From positions 96,001-160,000 of the forward strand of contig OY969811.1 of NCBI GenBank assembly GCA_963703315.1: a stretch of DNA of 64,000 nucleotides, given 5' to 3'. Both the position numbers and the translations under genes were made by a program. The number at the start of each line of letters is the position of its first letter. The first letter of the stretch is position 1. The notes under the pieces are model-generated. The model searched no databases, was not told the origin of the DNA, and was given only the letters and a program-made list of their open reading frames with translations. The stretch comes from an uncultured cyanobacterium. GTDB taxonomy: Bacteria; Cyanobacteriota; Cyanobacteriia; Pseudanabaenales; Pseudanabaenaceae. Shown one piece after another: positions 60,118 to 64,000 of this stretch.

Positions 60118-63100
60118 ATGACCAGTCTGTTTCTGGAACGTCTTCATAGCAGCGATCGCCCCGTCATTGTTTTTGATGGTGCGATGGGTACAAATTTGCA
60201 AGTCCAAAATCTGACTGCCGAGGACTTTGGCGGTGCGGAGTATGAGGGCTGCAACGAGTATCTGGTGATGACGAAACCTGAAGCAGTGGCTAAGGTGCAT
60301 CGGGACTTTTTAGAAGCAGGGGCGGATGTAATCGAGACGGATACCTTTGGCGGTACGTCGATCGTCTTGGCAGAATATGACCTTGCTCACATGGCGTATG
60401 AGCTTAGTAAAAAAGCGACAGAATTAGCCAAGTCTGTTGCTGCCGAATTTTCTACTCCAGAGAAACCGCGTTTTGTGGCGGGATCGATCGGTCCAACTAC
60501 GAAGTTGCCGACCTTGCTGCATATTGATTTCGATACCATGAAGCAGTCCTTTATTGAACAGATCGAGGGGCTGTACGACGGCGGCGCGGATTTGCTGTTG
60601 ATTGAGACTTGTCAGGATGTGCTGCAAATTAAGGTTGCATTGAATGCGATCGCGGAATTTTTTGATAAGAAAGCCGCCGAAGGTAAACCCCGCATCCCTG
60701 TGATGGTATCGGTAACGATGGAAACTACTGGCACAATGCTGGTCGGTTCCGATATCTCGGCAGTTGTAACCATTCTCGAACCCTATCCCATTGATATTTT
60801 AGGGTTGAACTGCGCCACAGGTCCCGACCTGATGAAGGAGCATATCCAATATTTGAGCGCCCATTCTCCTTTTGTGGTGTCCTGTGTCCCTAATGCGGGT
60901 TTACCTGAAAACGTTGGCGGACAAGCATTTTATCGCCTCACTCCCGATGATCTCAAAGGACATTTAGCGCATTTTGTTGAAGATTTAGGCGTGCAGATTA
61001 TCGGTGGTTGTTGTGGCACAAGACCATCCCACATCAAGGCTTTAGCCGATGCTGCGAAGACGCTCAAACCGAAAAAGCGTGAACCCCTAGTAACTCCTTC
61101 AGCAGCTTCCATTTATAGCTCTCAACCCTATATTCAGGATAATTCTTTCTTAATTGTTGGTGAGAGATTAAATGCTAGTGGCTCTAAGAAAACTCGCGAT
61201 TTGCTCAATGCTGAGGATTGGGATGGACTGGTGGCGATCGCGCGATCGCAGGTCAAAGAAGGCGCACATATCCTCGATGTGAATGTGGACTATGTGGGAC
61301 GCGATGGCGTGCGCGATATGCATGAGCTGGTATCGCGTCTTGTCACTAACGTAACTTTGCCTCTAATGCTGGATTCCACCGAATGGGAAAAGATGGAAGC
61401 AGGTCTAAAAGTGGCGGGTGGTAAATGTATTCTCAACTCCACTAACTACGAGGATGGTGAAGAACGCTTCTGTAAGGTCGTGAGTCTCGCTAAGCAATAT
61501 GGTGCGGGAATCGTGATCGGAACCATCGATGAAGATGGCATGGCGCGAACTGCTGATAAGAAGTTTGAAATTGCTTCCCGTGCTTATAAACAGGCAACCG
61601 AAGAGTTAGGAATGCCAGCTAGTGAGATTTTCTTTGATACGCTCGCTTTACCTATTTCCACAGGCATCGAAGAGGATCGCCAAAATGCTGCTGCTACGAT
61701 TGAGTCAATCCGCCGTATTAAGGAAGCAATGCCCGAAACCCATGTGTTGCTTGGTGTTTCCAATGTCTCCTTTGGCTTAAATCCTGCTTCTCGCATTGTT
61801 CTCAACTCGGTATTTTTGCATGAAGCAATGAAGGTTGGGATGGATTCATCAATTGTCCATGCCAGTAAGATCGTGCCGCTTAATCGCATTCCTGAAAGAG
61901 AATTAGAAGTAGCGCGTCAACTCATCTTCGATCAGCGTCAATTTGACGGTGATATCTGCACTTACGATCCCCTTGGTGAATTTACGAAGCTCTTTGAAGG
62001 AGTTTCTGCGAAGCGCGTCAAGGTCGTTGATGATAATCTCTCCATTGAGGAAAAGCTCAAAAATCATATTATCGATGGCGATCGCATTGGGTTAGATGAC
62101 GCACTTACCGAATCGCTCAAGCAATACGAGCCGCTAGTAATCATCAATCAATTTCTGCTTGACGGTATGAAAGTAGTGGGTGAACTCTTTGGCTCAGGAC
62201 AGATGCAACTTCCCTTTGTGCTGCAATCTGCTGAAACCATGAAATCCGCCGTTGCTTTTCTAGAGAAATTCATGGAAAAGGAAGAGGGCGCAAATAAAGG
62301 CGTGTTCTTGATTGCTACAGTCAAAGGTGATGTCCATGATATTGGTAAAAATCTTGTCGATATTATTCTCTCCAACAATGGCTATAAGGTCGTGAATATT
62401 GGCATCAAGCAATCGGTGGAGAATATTATTAAAGCTTATGAAGAGTGCAAGGCTGATTGTATTGCGATGAGTGGCTTATTGGTCAAGTCCACTGCCTTCA
62501 TGAAGGATAACTTGCAGGAATTTAATAATCGCGGTATCACTGTTCCCGTCATTCTTGGTGGCGCAGCGCTCACACCCAAATTTGTCTATAACGATTGTCA
62601 GAATGTCTATAACGGCAAGGTGATCTATGGTAAAGATGCCTTCTCTGACCTCAACTTCATGGATAAATATATGCCTGCTAAGGCTGAGGGTAAATGGGAA
62701 GATGCCAAAGGTTTCCTAGATGAAGAGTTAGCCGTTGTTATTGATACTTCCGAAAAAGACTTAACGACTGCGGCTGAGGATAAAGCTAAGAAAGAAGCGG
62801 CGCTTGCGGAGCGTTATTTAGATATTGGGCGTTCTGAGGCAGTTGATGCCGATATCCCCCGTCCGACACCACCATTCTGGGGAACGAAGATTCTCCAAGG
62901 CGCAGATATTCCCATTGAGGAACTATTCTGGAATCTCGATCTGCAAGCGCTCTTTGCTGGTCAATGGCAGTTCCGTAAGCCTCAAGGTCAGCCCCGTGAG
63001 GAATATGACGCATTTTTGCAGGAAACCGTTTATCCCATTCTGGAAACATGGAAAGAACGGGTAATTAAGGAGAAGTTGCTAGAACCAACATTGGTTTATG

Positions 63101-63678
63101 GCTATTTTCCTGTGATGGCGGAGGGTAATACGGTCTATGTGTATGACCCGAAGGATATCGCTAATATTCAATCAGCACAGCCAATCAATCATTTTGTCTT
63201 CCCCCGTCAAAAGTCTCAACGTCGTCTCTGTATTGCCGATTTCTTCTCACCTAAAGAATCGGGAATTATTGATGTCTTACCATTGCAAGCCGTCACCGTT
63301 GGACATATTGCGACAGAGTTTGCTCAAAGTCTATTCAAAGCCAATCAATACACCGATTATCTCTATTTTCATGGTTTAGCGGTACAGATGGCAGAGGCGA
63401 TCGCGGAGTGGTCACATACGCGCATTCGCCATGAGCTAGGCTTTGGCGCAGAAGATCCTGATAATATCCGCGATATTCTTGCTCAGCGCTATCATGGTTC
63501 TCGCTATAGCTTCGGCTATCCCGCCTGTCCAAATATGCAGGATCAGTACAAGCTGCTAGATTTGCTCGATGCAAAGCGGGTTGGTTTAGAAATGGATGAG
63601 AGCGAACAACTTTATCCCGAACAGTCAACGACTGCGTTAATTGTGCATCATCCTGTAGCTAAGTATTTCAGTGCTTAA
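60118..63678 (+). CDS. metH: Cobalamin-dependent methionine synthase
   Basis: [50 protein letters not shown]. Confidence 0.98.
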   Translation: MTSLFLERLHSSDRPVIVFDGAMGTNLQVQNLTAEDFGGAEYEGCNEYLVMTKPEAVAKVHRDFLEAGADVIETDTFGGTSIVLAEYDLAHMAYELSKKATELAKSVAAEFSTPEKPRFVAGSIGPTTKLPTLLHIDFDTMKQSFIEQIEGLYDGGADLLLIETCQDVLQIKVALNAIAEFFDKKAAEGKPRIPVMVSVTMETTGTMLVGSDISAVVTILEPYPIDILGLNCATGPDLMKEHIQYLSAHSPFVVSCVPNAGLPENVGGQAFYRLTPDDLKGHLAHFVEDLGVQIIGGCCGTRPSHIKALADAAKTLKPKKREPLVTPSAASIYSSQPYIQDNSFLIVGERLNASGSKKTRDLLNAEDWDGLVAIARSQVKEGAHILDVNVDYVGRDGVRDMHELVSRLVTNVTLPLMLDSTEWEKMEAGLKVAGGKCILNSTNYEDGEERFCKVVSLAKQYGAGIVIGTIDEDGMARTADKKFEIASRAYKQATEELGMPASEIFFDTLALPISTGIEEDRQNAAATIESIRRIKEAMPETHVLLGVSNVSFGLNPASRIVLNSVFLHEAMKVGMDSSIVHASKIVPLNRIPERELEVARQLIFDQRQFDGDICTYDPLGEFTKLFEGVSAKRVKVVDDNLSIEEKLKNHIIDGDRIGLDDALTESLKQYEPLVIINQFLLDGMKVVGELFGSGQMQLPFVLQSAETMKSAVAFLEKFMEKEEGANKGVFLIATVKGDVHDIGKNLVDIILSNNGYKVVNIGIKQSVENIIKAYEECKADCIAMSGLLVKSTAFMKDNLQEFNNRGITVPVILGGAALTPKFVYNDCQNVYNGKVIYGKDAFSDLNFMDKYMPAKAEGKWEDAKGFLDEELAVVIDTSEKDLTTAAEDKAKKEAALAERYLDIGRSEAVDADIPRPTPPFWGTKILQGADIPIEELFWNLDLQALFAGQWQFRKPQGQPREEYDAFLQETVYPILETWKERVIKEKLLEPTLVYGYFPVMAEGNTVYVYDPKDIANIQSAQPINHFVFPRQKSQRRLCIADFFSPKESGIIDVLPLQAVTVGHIATEFAQSLFKANQYTDYLYFHGLAVQMAEAIAEWSHTRIRHELGFGAEDPDNIRDILAQRYHGSRYSFGYPACPNMQDQYKLLDLLDAKRVGLEMDESEQLYPEQSTTALIVHHPVAKYFSA

Positions 63679-63716
63679 ATGGATTAAAAGTCATAAGTAG
63701 GAACACTTAATTATTT

Positions 63717-63792
63717 GTAGGATGCGTTAGTGTAACGTAACGCATCTATACAGTTAAAGATGATGGGTTACGCGATCGCTAACCCATCCTAC
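63717..63792. repeat. REPIN-like inverted doublet of GTAG REP palindromes
   Basis: Close match to 22991-23065. Confidence 0.8.
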
Positions 63793-63823
63793 ATATAATT
63801 ACTTATATGCCTAGTACCCAATT

Positions 63824-64000
63824 ATGTTGAAATCCCTCAAAATCGAAAACTTCCGTTGCTTCCCATCCTTTGAAATGGGACAACTAGGAAGGTTAAATCT
63901 CATTGTTGGTACTAACAACAGTGGCAAGACTTCTATTTTAGAAGCACTGCAATTACTCCTTAATACACCATTTACTTTTGATTTTGAAATACTAGAAGAA
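63824..64000 (+). CDS. Partial AAA-family ATPase (AAA_15/AAA_21-like) running off the window
   Basis: MLKSLKIENFRCF...LNLIVGTNNSGKTSILEAL (Walker A). Not in the ORF track. Confidence 0.85.
   Translation, partial: MLKSLKIENFRCFPSFEMGQLGRLNLIVGTNNSGKTSILEALQLLLNTPFTFDFEILEE

Noticed and set aside
2791..63628. Numerous short antisense or alternate-frame ORFs inside well-supported genes
   Set aside because: Shadow ORFs without recognisable motifs.
1785..63792. Dispersed hairpin repeats as a CRISPR array
   Set aside because: No regular repeat-spacer periodicity and no cas genes.

Overview
64 kb of a cyanobacterial chromosome. The HIP1 octamer GCGATCGC is very frequent and the housekeeping genes are cyanobacterial in type; a Pseudanabaena-like source is my inference only. 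Most of the window is core genes: aroA, fbp, rpsM-rpsK-rpoA-rplQ-truA-rplM-rpsI, metG, tadA, pepA, a TolC-family gene, queE/queC, ilvD, recJ, class II nrdJ with a LAGLIDADG intein at its catalytic Cys, cobT, uvrB, lnt and metH. Intergenic DNA holds several ~100-bp MITE/REP-like hairpin families and one complete ISAs1-family IS. The main accessory block lies right after nrdJ (about 29.7-40.8 kb). It begins with an AT-rich, HIP1-poor two-gene module: a 2-TM + ThsA-type Macro-domain protein, then a predicted winged-helix + nucleoside-deoxyribosyltransferase/TIR-like protein. This pair is the best candidate for an undescribed, Thoeris-like nucleotide-signalling anti-phage system. It is followed by intact and decayed toxin-antitoxin modules and a glycosyltransferase/methyltransferase cluster whose first GT2 gene is frameshifted by an exact 227-bp tandem duplication. 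No rRNA, tRNA or CRISPR array was recognised. All family calls are by motif recognition by eye; no searches were run.
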